Part shown: in pieces, positions 37,580 through 47,710 of the stretch
How the letters are laid out: the number at the start of each line of letters is the position of its first letter
Numbering within the stretch: the first letter of the stretch is position 1
Origin: an uncultured bacterium
Lineage (GTDB): Bacteria; Actinomycetota; Actinomycetes; S36-B12
Direction of reading: 5' to 3'
Length of the DNA: 64,000 nucleotides
Assembly (NCBI GenBank): GCA_963700255.1
Contig: CAVOWW010000023.1
Location: forward strand, 42,963 to 106,962
The notes under the pieces: generated by a model
What the model was told of the DNA's origin: nothing
What the model saw: the letters and a program-made list of their open reading frames with translations, nothing else
The model's database searches: none
Position numbers and translations under genes: made by a program

Positions 37580-38527
37580 TCAGCGGGGCACGCTGAGCGG
37601 CCGGGACCAGTCCCCCGGCAGCTCGGCCCCGTACCAGCGCTCGACAAGCCGGCGCGCGATCGAGACCGGCGGGGGCAGCCGCACGTCGCCCGACGAGCAG
37701 GCCGCCGCGAGCTCCTCACGGGTGAACCACCGGGCCTCGACGATCTCGTCGCCGTCGACCGCGATGTGCGGGTCATCGGCCCAGGCGTGGTAGCCGAGCA
37801 TCAGCGAGCAGGGGAACGGCCAGGGCTGGCTGCCCAGGTAGCGGATGTCGTCGGGCCCGTCGGCGATCGTCACCCCGGACTCCTCGAGCACCTCGCGGCG
37901 CAGCGCGGCCTCCGCGGACTCCCCTGCCTCGACGAAGCCCGCCAAGGTCGAGAACCAGCCCTCCGCCCAGCGGCCCTGCCGTCCGAGCAGCGCCCGGTCC
38001 TCGCGGTCGAGGACGAGGACGATGACGGCCGGATCCGTGCGCGGGAAGTGCTCGCTCCCGTCCTCAGGGCAGCGACGTGACCACCCGGCCGCGTTGAACT
38101 GCGTCTCCGCCCCGCACCGCGGGCATCGCACGTGCGTGCGCAGCCAGTTGTCGAGCGCCACCGCCGTCACCATGAGGCCGGCATCGCGCCCCCCGAGAGC
38201 GGCACCGACCTGCCGCAGGTCCGCCCAGCCCTCGCCCTCGTGCGACTGCGCGTGCTCGGCGAAGTAGGTGATGCCGTCGTCGTCCACCCCGAGGAGGGTG
38301 AGGTCCGCATCGGTGGCGACGTCGGAGGTCGACAGGAGGACGAGGCCGACGCCGTCCGGCCCGCCGGACGTCACCCGCGCCGCACCCCCGCTGACCTGGA
38401 GGACGCGCGAGCGCGGGTCGGCGCGACGAGCGGCCAGCCACTCGGCGTCGCCACGATGCTCGGCTGCGCGGTCGACGACGCCGCGCGCGAGGAGGAGGTT
38501 GCCGAGCAGGTACCGGTCCGCGTCCAT
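37580..38527 (-). CDS. nudC: NAD(+) diphosphatase NudC
   Basis: The protein has a zinc ribbon (CPRCGAETQ…RRCPEDG), the Nudix box GFVEAGESAEAALRREVLEESGV and SQPWPFP. The start could instead be upstream, at up to 38584. Confidence 0.88.
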   Translation of the reverse strand: MDADRYLLGNLLLARGVVDRAAEHRGDAEWLAARRADPRSRVLQVSGGAARVTSGGPDGVGLVLLSTSDVATDADLTLLGVDDDGITYFAEHAQSHEGEGWADLRQVGAALGGRDAGLMVTAVALDNWLRTHVRCPRCGAETQFNAAGWSRRCPEDGSEHFPRTDPAVIVLVLDREDRALLGRQGRWAEGWFSTLAGFVEAGESAEAALRREVLEESGVTIADGPDDIRYLGSQPWPFPCSLMLGYHAWADDPHIAVDGDEIVEARWFTREELAAACSSGDVRLPPPVSIARRLVERWYGAELPGDWSRPLSVPR

Positions 38528-38611
38528 GTCGGGCGAGCCTAGGGGCACGTCACGCACGGGGGCACGGGCACCCGATGGCAGCACCGTTCGCCCTCGTGGT
38601 TCGCTGGGCGC

Positions 38612-39865
38612 ATGGCACCGGACCGCGATCGCTGGGTTCGGGACACGTCGTTCTTCCTGTCGGGCCAGACCGTGTCGCTGCTCGGCTCGTCCCTCGTCCA
38701 GTACTCGATCCTGTGGTACCTCACCCTGGAGACGCAGTCAGGCGTGGTCCTCACCCTCGCGACCGTGTTCGGCTTCCTGCCCCAGGCGGCGATGTCCGTG
38801 TTCGGGGGCGTGTGGGCGGACCGCCACAACCGCAAGCTGCTGCTCATCACCGCCGATGCCGCGATCGCCGCGACCACCCTGATCCTGGCGATCATGCTGT
38901 GGAACGGTGTCGATGCGCTCTGGCTGATCTACGCGACTCTCGCCATCCGGTCCCTCGGCGCCGGCGTGCAGACGCCGGCCGTGGGGGCGCTCCTCCCCCA
39001 GATCGTGCCCGCCGACAAGCTGATGCGTGTCAACGGCATCAACATGAGCATCCAGTCGGCGATGACGCTGCTGGCTCCCGCGCTTGCGGCGGCGCTGTTC
39101 GCCCTGATGGGCCTCCAGGCGGTGCTGCTCGTCGACGTCGTGACCGCCGTCATCGGGATCTCCCTCGTCGCAGTCATCCCCGTGGGCCGCGTCATGCGCT
39201 CGGACACCGCCACGACCTACTTCGCGGACCTCCGCGAGGGGCTGTCGTACGTCCGTCACCATGCCGTAGTCCTCCGCGTGCTCGTCTTCTTCGCGATCGT
39301 GTTCGTCCTGATGGCCCCACCGGGCTACCTCACGCCGCTCATGGTCGTGCGGACCTTCGGGGAGGACGTCTGGCGGCTGACGGTCAACGAGCTCGCCTTC
39401 GGCGTGGGGATGCTCGCGGGCGGGGCGCTGCTCTCGGCCTGGGGTGGCTTCCACGACCGCATGCGCATGCTCATCGCCACGTCCTTCGCGTTCGGCATCC
39501 TGTCCGTCGGGCTCGGCGTCTCCGGGGACTTCCTGGGCCTGCCCGGCTCCTTCGCCGTCTTCCTCGGCTTCATGCTCCTCATCGGCGTGGGCGTGGCGTT
39601 CTTCTCGACGACCGCGACGACCCTGCTCCAGGAGCAGGTGGACGCCGAGGTGCAGGGACGGGTGTTCGGGCTCGTCGGCATCGTCCTGGCCGTCGCCATG
39701 CCGTTCGGCATGCTGATCTTCGGCCCGATGGCCGACACCATCTCGGTCGAGTGGATCCTCGTCCTGACCGGCGTGCTGGCCGTGCTCGTGACCTTCGGGG
39801 CCGCCTGGCGGGCGCCGGCGGCCCCGGGTCCGTCGCGCCTGCCGGATGCGACCGGGTCACCGTGA
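38612..39865 (+). CDS. MFS transporter (EntS/macrolide-efflux-like)
   Basis: A 417-aa protein with 12 predicted TM helices. The N-terminus …FFLSGQTVSLLGSSLVQYSILWYL… is typical of this MFS subgroup. Confidence 0.8.
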   Translation: MAPDRDRWVRDTSFFLSGQTVSLLGSSLVQYSILWYLTLETQSGVVLTLATVFGFLPQAAMSVFGGVWADRHNRKLLLITADAAIAATTLILAIMLWNGVDALWLIYATLAIRSLGAGVQTPAVGALLPQIVPADKLMRVNGINMSIQSAMTLLAPALAAALFALMGLQAVLLVDVVTAVIGISLVAVIPVGRVMRSDTATTYFADLREGLSYVRHHAVVLRVLVFFAIVFVLMAPPGYLTPLMVVRTFGEDVWRLTVNELAFGVGMLAGGALLSAWGGFHDRMRMLIATSFAFGILSVGLGVSGDFLGLPGSFAVFLGFMLLIGVGVAFFSTTATTLLQEQVDAEVQGRVFGLVGIVLAVAMPFGMLIFGPMADTISVEWILVLTGVLAVLVTFGAAWRAPAAPGPSRLPDATGSP

Positions 39866-39901
39866 CACGATGACGCCACCTACTTCCCTGGGGCTCCATT
39901 C

Positions 39902-41215
39902 GTGAACGTGTTCATCCGCCAGCTCACGGGCATCCGCTTCATCGCGGCTGCCTGGGTGCTGCTGTACCACCTGCAGGGGCCCCTCAACCAGCTGAACCTG
40001 CTGGTCCCCGTCTTCGCGGACGTGCTGCGGGTCGGCCGGCTCGGCGTGGACCTGTTCTTCGCATTGTCGGGCTTCATCCTCACCCACACCTACCTGCGTC
40101 GGCTCGGCCCAGCGGTGCGCGTGCGCGGAACGGTCGACTTCTGGTGGCTGCGGCTGGCCCGCATCTACCCTGTCCACCTGGCGATGCTGTTCATCGCCGG
40201 CGGTGCCGTCGTCGCCCAGGCCCAGGTCACCGGCGAGGAGCTCGACCGCGACTGGCTGAACCCGCTCGACTTCGCGAAGAACCTCCTCCTTGTGCAGGAG
40301 TGGGGGCCGGAGCCCCAGCGGGGCTGGAACTTCGTGGCCTGGTCGCTCAGCATGGAGTGGCTGGCCTACCTGGTGTTCCCGCTGCTCGTCCTGCTGCTGT
40401 GGGTGATGCACCGCAAGATCGCGACCCCGCTGCTCGTGGTCGCCTGGTTGGTCGTCATGACGCCGCTGATCGTCTACGGCCTGTCGACGTCCGACCCGTA
40501 CTACACCGACAACTGGGGCTCGACGTACCGCATCCTCACCGAGTTCACGGCAGGCGCCATCACCTACCTGGTGGTGGTGCGGCTGCTGCCCGGGGACCGG
40601 CTGGCCGAGCCCGCCTCCCCCCGCGTCGAGCGCACCGCCTCGGTGCTGGCCGTGGTGCTGCCGCTGCTCGTGGTCGTCGGAGCGGTCTTCCTGTCGCAGT
40701 GGCCGGCCGCGCAGCCTCCGTCGGTGGCACTCGACGGCGACGTCGAGCCGCTGCCGCCGTACTACCACCTGCTGCTCGTGCCACTCCTGATCCTCTGGAT
40801 CGGCGCACTCGCGTTGTCACGTCGCGGGCTCGCGCGCTTCCTGTCGACCCGTGCGCTCGTGCTCGGTGGCTTCATCTCCTACTCGCTCTACATGACCCAC
40901 CTCGTGTGGTTCGGTCTCTGGCGGGCCGGGATGCGGGCCGTGGGCATCGACAGCGGCGCTCTCTACGCGATCGCGGTCGTCGCGCTGATCGCCGGGGCAC
41001 TCGTCATCGCCTGGCTGATGTGGCGGTTCGTTGAGGAGCCGGCACGCGAGTGGATGCGTGGCAAGGTCGGCGTGCGGCGCACGCCGACCGAGGAGGCCGG
41101 CGAGGCCATCGCGGAGACCGCGGCGGACGCGGACAGCGCCGACCCGGTGGATGTCGAGACCGCGCCCACCGATCCGTTCGTCGCTCAGGAGAAGGATCCG
41201 GACGGCACCGTCTGA
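39902..41215 (+). CDS. Acyltransferase family 3 membrane protein
   Basis: …GIRFIAAAWVLLYHL…GVDLFFALSGFILTH… is the acyltransferase_3 signature. The protein has multiple TM helices. Confidence 0.82.
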   Translation: MNVFIRQLTGIRFIAAAWVLLYHLQGPLNQLNLLVPVFADVLRVGRLGVDLFFALSGFILTHTYLRRLGPAVRVRGTVDFWWLRLARIYPVHLAMLFIAGGAVVAQAQVTGEELDRDWLNPLDFAKNLLLVQEWGPEPQRGWNFVAWSLSMEWLAYLVFPLLVLLLWVMHRKIATPLLVVAWLVVMTPLIVYGLSTSDPYYTDNWGSTYRILTEFTAGAITYLVVVRLLPGDRLAEPASPRVERTASVLAVVLPLLVVVGAVFLSQWPAAQPPSVALDGDVEPLPPYYHLLLVPLLILWIGALALSRRGLARFLSTRALVLGGFISYSLYMTHLVWFGLWRAGMRAVGIDSGALYAIAVVALIAGALVIAWLMWRFVEEPAREWMRGKVGVRRTPTEEAGEAIAETAADADSADPVDVETAPTDPFVAQEKDPDGTV

Positions 41216-41229
41216 GGCGTCGCGTGCGG

Positions 41230-44200
41230 CTACTGCGCGCGGAGGAGCGCCAGTGCAGGGTCCGTGTCCGGGCGCACGACCTCGCCGGTGCCGACGATGA
41301 CGAAGGCCGCTGACACCTGCTCGACCGGCACGTCCATGAGCCGGGACCACGCCAGCCGGTAGAGCGCGAGCTGCATCGGGTCGACATGGCGAGCCGACCC
41401 CGTCTTCCAGTCGATGACGTCGTAGGCCATGCCCGGCTGCTCGCCGGCGAAGACCGCGTCGATCCGGCCGTTGACGACCCGGCCGCCGACCAGCAGCGCG
41501 AACGGCGCCTCCACCGCCTCCGGGACGCGGTGCGCGAACGGCCCGCCGTCGAACGCCTCCTTCAAGGCACGGAGGGCGTCGTCGGTCGCGATGTCGGCGT
41601 CCGCCGAGCCGGGCAGGTCGTCGAGGTCGAGCAGCGACTGCTGCCCGTATCGGGTCTCGACCCAGGCGTGGAACTCGGTGCCGCGACGCGCAGCGGGGGC
41701 CGGCGGGTGCGGCATCGGCCTGGCGATCTCCATGGCCACCGCCTCGGGCTCGGCGATCGCCCGCATGAGCAGGCTCGCCGACACCGAGTCGGGCAGGCGC
41801 ACCACCCGCTCGCGGGCGTGACGAGCGCGCGCCTCCTCGAGCAGCGCGGACGCCAGGACGTCCCAGTCCAGGATGCGGGCCCGTTCGGCGGCAGACCCAC
41901 CAGCCGGGGTGTCGGCGTCGACCCCGGGAAGCGCGGGCTGCAGGGACGGCACCGCTGCGACCGCGCCGGCGACCTCGCGAAGGCGCGCCTGCCGGTCAGG
42001 GTCGGCTGCGGGGGGCCAGGCCAGCGGCACCGAGGCCGCCTGCACCTGCGGGTTGACGGCGTCATCCGCGGGCTCGGGCGCCCAGTGGACGACCTGGCCG
42101 AACCCGTCCAGGCACGCCTGGTGCACCGTCGACAGGAAGCCGTCGGGCCCGCGCCGTGTCGACTGGGTCGGGCCCCACCAGTGCCCGGACACGGCAAGGC
42201 CCTGCTCGGCGCGGGTGAAGGCCACGTAGGCCAGCCGCTGGCTCTCCAGCTCGGTGAGCCCGGCGAGGACCGTCCGGTACTCGTCGTAGTGCTTGGCCCG
42301 GGGGCCTTCGCCCGTGACCGGGAACGAGGCAAGGTCGGGCGTGCAGTCGTCGCGCAGGGGCCACGGCACGGTGCTGGCGCTCGTGGGCCACTGCGACCTG
42401 CCGCGCCCTCCGGGGAACGCTCCAGCCGCGACGAAGGGCACGAACACGTAGGCGAACTCGAGCCCCTTGGCCTTGTGAACGGTCAGCAGCTGCACGGCAT
42501 CGGCCGGGCCGGCCACATCGAGCTGGAGGTCGATGTCGAATCGCTCGGCATCGCGCAGCCGCGCGAGGAAGGCGCCGAGGGTGAGGCGGCCGTCCAGCTC
42601 GGTGAACTCGGCCGCGAGGTCGAGGAAGGCATGCAGGGCGTGCTGCTGCTGCGCCGCCGCATCGGGCGAGCCGAGCGCCGCCTCGACCTCCAGTCCGGTG
42701 ACGCGCATGACCCGCAGCACGAACTCCGGCAGGGGCTCCCCCACCTGGCGCCGCAGGGCCTTCAGCTCGCGTGCCATCGCCCCGAACCGCTCGACCGCGT
42801 CGGCGGAGTATCGGTCGAGCTCGCCGAGGTCGTCGAGCGCCTCGGTCAGCGAGATGGACTCGACGATGTCGGTCCCCGCCACGGCATCGTCGAGGGCTGA
42901 CCCGATGTCGTCCTGGCCCGAGCGGTGCCGACCACCCGCGAGGTGCGCCGCGCGGTCGCCGAGGGCGGCGAGGTCGCGTGCGCCGATCCGCCAACGCGGT
43001 CCGACGGCGAGTCGCACGAACGCCGGGTTGGCGGACGGGTCATGGACGATCTCGAGCATGCTCCGCAGGTCGATGACCGCCGGCTGGGCCATCAGCGCGG
43101 CCGCCCCCACCAGCTGGGTCGGAATCCCGCGTCGCCGCAGGGCGGAGTCCACGGCGACGAGGTCGGCGCCAGTGGCTGCGAGCACGGCGATGTCGCTCCA
43201 CGCGACCGAGCGGCCGGTGCCGCGCGCCGCATGGGTGGCTTCGATCTCACCGACCACCCACTCGGTCTCCTGGGCGTAGGTCTCGAACAGCGCGCACGAG
43301 ACTGCGCCCTGGCCCTTGCCGTTGGCGCCGGCGGACAGCGGCTCGACGCCGGCGTGCACCGTGCGCAGGTGAGCCGACGTGCGGTTGGCGACCTCGAGGA
43401 TGCTCACGCCCGAGCGCCGGTTCTGGGACAGCGTGAAGCGCGCGGTGGCGGAATCTCCCGGCGCCGGGAAGTGCTGAGGGAAGTCCTCGATGTTGTCGAC
43501 GCTCGCCCCCCGCCAGCCGTAGATGGCCTGGCAGGGATCGCCGACCGCCAGCACCGGGTGGCCCGCACCGAAGATCCGCTGCAGCAGGACACGCTGCGCG
43601 ATCGAGGTGTCCTGGTACTCGTCGAGCAGGACGACGGCGTAGCGCGCACGCAGGTCGGCCACGACATCCGGGAACGTGTGGACGATCTCACCCGCCAGCC
43701 GGATCTGGTCGGCGAAGTCGAGCACGTCGCGCTCGGCCTTGGCAGCCCGCCACTCCACGACGAGGTCCGCGAGGAGGGCGCGCTGGGTCGACGTGGCGGT
43801 CATGTCGGTGCCGATCTTCTGCAACGGCTCGAAGGAGCGCAGCATCCCGACCATGTCGCCGTCGAACGTGCGCAGGTCGGCCGGCGACACTCCGAGCTCG
43901 GTCAGCTCGTCGTCGAGGCTCAGCAGGTCCTTGGTGACCAGGAGCGGCGACCGGCCGATGCCCGCGAGCGGCAGTGACGAGCGGCAGACGACCCGGTAGG
44001 CCAGCTGCTGGCGCGCCCCGTCGGTGAGCATCGTCGGGTGGGGCTCGCGGCCTAGACGGATGCCATGCTCGGACAGGATGCGTGCGGAGAAGGCGTGGTA
44101 GGTCAGGACCTGGGGCTCGCCGATGGGATCACCGTCGTCGTCCTCCGCCTGCACGAGGCCCGCATCGACCAGCGCGGCCACGGAGGCCCGCATCGAGGAG

Positions 44201-44439
44201 AGCAGCTGCGCGCTGGCCTTGGTGGTGAAGGTCAGCCCGAGCACCTGGTCAGGGCGGACGAATCCGCTGCCCACCAGCCAGGCGACGCGAGCCGCCATGG
44301 AGGTCGTCTTGCCCGAGCCTGCGCCCGCGACGATCACCGCCGGCGCGAGCTCGGACCGGACTGCGGCCCACTGCTCGTCGGTCAGGGTCAGTGCGAGCGC
44401 GGCATCCAGGCTCTCCCGGCTGAGCTCCTTGGCTATCAC
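41230..44439 (-). CDS. adnB: AdnB-like helicase-nuclease subunit (UvrD-like helicase plus RecB-type nuclease)
   Basis: The protein has AGAGSGKT and DEYQD motifs. The GTG start overlaps the adnA stop (GTGA). It is about 1069 aa. Confidence 0.85.
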   Translation of the reverse strand: MIAKELSRESLDAALALTLTDEQWAAVRSELAPAVIVAGAGSGKTTSMAARVAWLVGSGFVRPDQVLGLTFTTKASAQLLSSMRASVAALVDAGLVQAEDDDGDPIGEPQVLTYHAFSARILSEHGIRLGREPHPTMLTDGARQQLAYRVVCRSSLPLAGIGRSPLLVTKDLLSLDDELTELGVSPADLRTFDGDMVGMLRSFEPLQKIGTDMTATSTQRALLADLVVEWRAAKAERDVLDFADQIRLAGEIVHTFPDVVADLRARYAVVLLDEYQDTSIAQRVLLQRIFGAGHPVLAVGDPCQAIYGWRGASVDNIEDFPQHFPAPGDSATARFTLSQNRRSGVSILEVANRTSAHLRTVHAGVEPLSAGANGKGQGAVSCALFETYAQETEWVVGEIEATHAARGTGRSVAWSDIAVLAATGADLVAVDSALRRRGIPTQLVGAAALMAQPAVIDLRSMLEIVHDPSANPAFVRLAVGPRWRIGARDLAALGDRAAHLAGGRHRSGQDDIGSALDDAVAGTDIVESISLTEALDDLGELDRYSADAVERFGAMARELKALRRQVGEPLPEFVLRVMRVTGLEVEAALGSPDAAAQQQHALHAFLDLAAEFTELDGRLTLGAFLARLRDAERFDIDLQLDVAGPADAVQLLTVHKAKGLEFAYVFVPFVAAGAFPGGRGRSQWPTSASTVPWPLRDDCTPDLASFPVTGEGPRAKHYDEYRTVLAGLTELESQRLAYVAFTRAEQGLAVSGHWWGPTQSTRRGPDGFLSTVHQACLDGFGQVVHWAPEPADDAVNPQVQAASVPLAWPPAADPDRQARLREVAGAVAAVPSLQPALPGVDADTPAGGSAAERARILDWDVLASALLEEARARHARERVVRLPDSVSASLLMRAIAEPEAVAMEIARPMPHPPAPAARRGTEFHAWVETRYGQQSLLDLDDLPGSADADIATDDALRALKEAFDGGPFAHRVPEAVEAPFALLVGGRVVNGRIDAVFAGEQPGMAYDVIDWKTGSARHVDPMQLALYRLAWSRLMDVPVEQVSAAFVIVGTGEVVRPDTDPALALLRAQ

Positions 44440-47400
44440 GACAGCACCTGCTCGCCCTGGACCTTGGCCGGGCAGGCCGTCTTGTAGGCGCAGTACGAGC
44501 ACGCCGGTCCCGGTGACGCGACGAACGCCTCCGTGCGGACGACGTGGGCGGCATCGCCGAGCTTCACCTCGACCCACGTCGGCTCGGCGGACCCCAGCGC
44601 CTCCTGGAACTGCACCTTGGGGTCACCGGACCCCTTGCCGGCGTCGACCCGCAGCTGGACCAGCGCGGCCCCGCCCACCTGCACGGTCGGGACCGGCCCA
44701 TCGCCATGATCGGGGTCGGCGGACGTCATGCCGCCCTCGCGCAGGAGCAGCTGGTACACCCCCAGCTGGCCGTGCTCCGGGATGTCCTTCTGGGCCACCG
44801 GGTAGCGCATGTTCTTCAAGTCGATGGGCACCAGCCGGCCCTGCCCGTCGCGCTCCACCCGGTCGATGAAGCCGCTCAATCGCACCGTCTCGGTGCCCCC
44901 CACCGGCGTCGGGACATCGACCTCCGCGCCCACGCGCGTCTCGGTGTCGACGAGCTCGCGATCGGCGCGCAGGTGGTACCCGAGGAACCGGGCGAGGGCG
45001 GCGCGGGCCTCGCGACGCTCCGACTCCGACTGCCACCCCGCCTCGAACCGCAGCTCGGACCAGACCCGGTCGACCTCGGCGTCCATGTCCTCCAGCGTCT
45101 CCGGGATGTCGCCCTTCGCGACGAAGTCGGCCACTGCGTGCACGACGCTGCCGAAGCTGGTCGCCGTGCCGCGCGGCGTCTCGGCACGAACCTCGTGCTC
45201 GAGGAACCACTTCAGCGGGCAGCCCAGGATGCTGTCGAGCCCACTGCCGGACAGCGAGACCGGCACGGCCGGGTCGCGCACCGGTCGGTCGCTGACCGTG
45301 GTGTCGGCCAGGCCCCACCACGTCGCGGGATCGGCCAGCGGCACCAGTGGCTCGCCATCAGGGTCGCGCTGCGCCGCGAGCACGGCCAGCCGCTCGACCG
45401 CCGCCCGGCGCAGCGTCGCGGAGGCGACCGGGTCCATGGCGACCAGGCGCAGCTCCGCGACGAGTCCGTCGAGGGAGACCTGATGCCTGGGCCGGCCCGA
45501 GACGGTGGCCGCCTCGTCCGCGCCCAGCGCAGCCCGGACGTCGTCGAGGAAGCGGCTCGGCCGCTCGCCGCCGGCATCCTTCTCGTCGATCGCCGTCACG
45601 TGCAGCTGCCGCCGCGCCCGGGTGCAGGCCACGTAGAACAGGCGCCGCTCCTCCTCGAGCAGGTCGGCGGGCCGGGGACCCGTGCCGATGCCCGTGGAGG
45701 TCAGCTCCTCGGCGCGCAGGGTCGAGCCGCGCGCCCGCAGGTCCGGCCACACCCCCTCCTCGGCACCGACGATCCAGACCTCGTCCCACTCCAGGCCCTT
45801 CGCCCGGTGGGCGGTGAGGATGCGCACGGCATCGGCCCGGGTGCCTCGGTCCGCGACCGCCTCCGCCGGGATCTGCTGGTCGGCCAGGGAGTCGACGAAG
45901 GTACGGACCCCCAGGAAGCCGGGATAGCGTCCGGCGAGCCGCTCGGCGGCGTCGACCAGGGCCATGACGGCATCGAGGTCATGGCCGGCCGAGCGGGAGC
46001 CGTGGATCGCCGCCGTGCGAAGGCGGTTCGGCCAGCCGTGGGGCGTGCGCCCGCCCGTCCAGAGCGTCCAGAGCACCTCCTGCGGCGCCGCCCCGGCCTC
46101 GATCTGTGCGCGGACCTCGGTCAGCAGGCTGGTCAGGCGCGCCACCGTCACCGACACCGCATCGTCGGCCGGCAGCCCGGCAGGCACGGCCAGCTCGCCC
46201 AGCAGGGGGCCAAGGACGAGCTCGCGGATGAGGACGTCCGACGGCGGCGAGGCGTAGCCCGCCTCGTGGTGCTGGGCCCGCAGCGCCCGGCCGAGCCTGC
46301 GCACGTCGCTGGCCGTGAGGCCCGCCAGCGGGCCCATGAGGACGTCGAGCACGTGACCGGGAGCGGCGCCCTGAGGGTGGGCAGCGAGCCCCATGGCCGA
46401 GAGGAGCGTGGCGACCGCCGGCTCCGAGCGCAGCGGGATCTCGTCCGCGGCGACGACGACCGGCACGCCCGCCGCATGCAGGGCCCGCTGAAGGGCGGGG
46501 ATCTGGTTGCCCGAGCGCACGAGCACCGCAAGCTCGCGCCACGGCACCTCCCGCCGCACGTGCGCGAGGCGCAGTTCGCGTGCGATGTGAGCAGCCTGCG
46601 AGCCGCGGTCGCCGTAGGTGCGGACCGTCACGGCGTCGTCATCGGCCCGCGCGGCAGGGGTGCACTCGGGGTGACGGTGGGCCCGGACCTGCTCGGCGTC
46701 CAGCCCGTGCGGCAGCCGAGTGCCGATGACCTTCGTGGCGACCGAGCGGATGACGGGCCCGAACCGGCGGGCGCGATCCAGGACGACCACGGGTGCCCGA
46801 TCGCCTGCCGCGGTACGGAACGACTCGGGGAAGCGGAGCAGGCCACGGACATCGGCGCCACGGAACCCGTAGATGGCCTGGTCGGGGTCGCCCACGGCGA
46901 CGAGCGTGGTCTGCGGCCCCACGAGCGCCCTGAGCAGGGCGACCTGCAGAGGATCGGTGTCCTGGTACTCGTCGACGTAGACGGCCCGGAACTGGCGCGT
47001 GAGGAGGGCCGACACCGCGGGCTCGTTCGCGCGCACGACAGCGCGCAGCAGCAGCTCTCCGTAGTCCATGACGTTCTCGAGGACCATGACCTCCTGCTCC
47101 TCGCGGGCGAGCTGGCCCACCGCGGTCCAGGCCGGCCGGCCGGACCGCTGCCCGATCCGGGAGAGGTCACCCCCCTCCAGGCCCAGCTCACGAGCCTTCG
47201 TCAGCACCGCGCGCACCTCGTTGGCCAGGCCGAGCGTGGGCAGGGCACCGACGAGCTCCTCGGGCCAGTCGACCGAGCCGTCCTCGACGGCTCCGCGCAG
47301 CAGCTCACGGATGCGCACGTCCTCCTCGGCCCCGGACATGAGCCGAGGCGGGTTCAGGTAGTCCTCGGGCGCGTCGGTGCGGCGGAGCAGCGAGTAGGCG

Positions 47401-47705
47401 AACGAGTGGAAGGTGGCGACGGTGGGCACCACACCCCCGCCGAGGCGGGACGTCACACGCTCGCGCAGCTCAGCTGCCGCCTTGCGGCCGAAGGTGAGGG
47501 CCAGCACCGCATCCGCCGGCAGCGGATCGGCCTCATCAGCCAGCCGGGCGCAGATCGACTCGACGATCGTGGTGGTCTTGCCGGTGCCCGGCCCGGCGAG
47601 CACGAGCAGGGGTCCATGGCGGTGCGACACCACCCGCAGCTGCTGGTCGTCGAGGATCGCGGGCACTGCGGGCGGCGGCGGGCTCATGTCCAGCTGCCAG
47701 TGCAT
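44436..47705 (-). CDS. adnA: AdnA-like helicase-nuclease subunit
   Basis: The protein has AGPGTGKT and DEYQD motifs and a C-terminal nuclease with a Cys cluster (…CSYCAYKTACP…). It is 1089 aa. Confidence 0.85.
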   Translation of the reverse strand: MHWQLDMSPPPPAVPAILDDQQLRVVSHRHGPLLVLAGPGTGKTTTIVESICARLADEADPLPADAVLALTFGRKAAAELRERVTSRLGGGVVPTVATFHSFAYSLLRRTDAPEDYLNPPRLMSGAEEDVRIRELLRGAVEDGSVDWPEELVGALPTLGLANEVRAVLTKARELGLEGGDLSRIGQRSGRPAWTAVGQLAREEQEVMVLENVMDYGELLLRAVVRANEPAVSALLTRQFRAVYVDEYQDTDPLQVALLRALVGPQTTLVAVGDPDQAIYGFRGADVRGLLRFPESFRTAAGDRAPVVVLDRARRFGPVIRSVATKVIGTRLPHGLDAEQVRAHRHPECTPAARADDDAVTVRTYGDRGSQAAHIARELRLAHVRREVPWRELAVLVRSGNQIPALQRALHAAGVPVVVAADEIPLRSEPAVATLLSAMGLAAHPQGAAPGHVLDVLMGPLAGLTASDVRRLGRALRAQHHEAGYASPPSDVLIRELVLGPLLGELAVPAGLPADDAVSVTVARLTSLLTEVRAQIEAGAAPQEVLWTLWTGGRTPHGWPNRLRTAAIHGSRSAGHDLDAVMALVDAAERLAGRYPGFLGVRTFVDSLADQQIPAEAVADRGTRADAVRILTAHRAKGLEWDEVWIVGAEEGVWPDLRARGSTLRAEELTSTGIGTGPRPADLLEEERRLFYVACTRARRQLHVTAIDEKDAGGERPSRFLDDVRAALGADEAATVSGRPRHQVSLDGLVAELRLVAMDPVASATLRRAAVERLAVLAAQRDPDGEPLVPLADPATWWGLADTTVSDRPVRDPAVPVSLSGSGLDSILGCPLKWFLEHEVRAETPRGTATSFGSVVHAVADFVAKGDIPETLEDMDAEVDRVWSELRFEAGWQSESERREARAALARFLGYHLRADRELVDTETRVGAEVDVPTPVGGTETVRLSGFIDRVERDGQGRLVPIDLKNMRYPVAQKDIPEHGQLGVYQLLLREGGMTSADPDHGDGPVPTVQVGGAALVQLRVDAGKGSGDPKVQFQEALGSAEPTWVEVKLGDAAHVVRTEAFVASPGPACSYCAYKTACPAKVQGEQVLS

Positions 47706-47710
47706 GGGGC

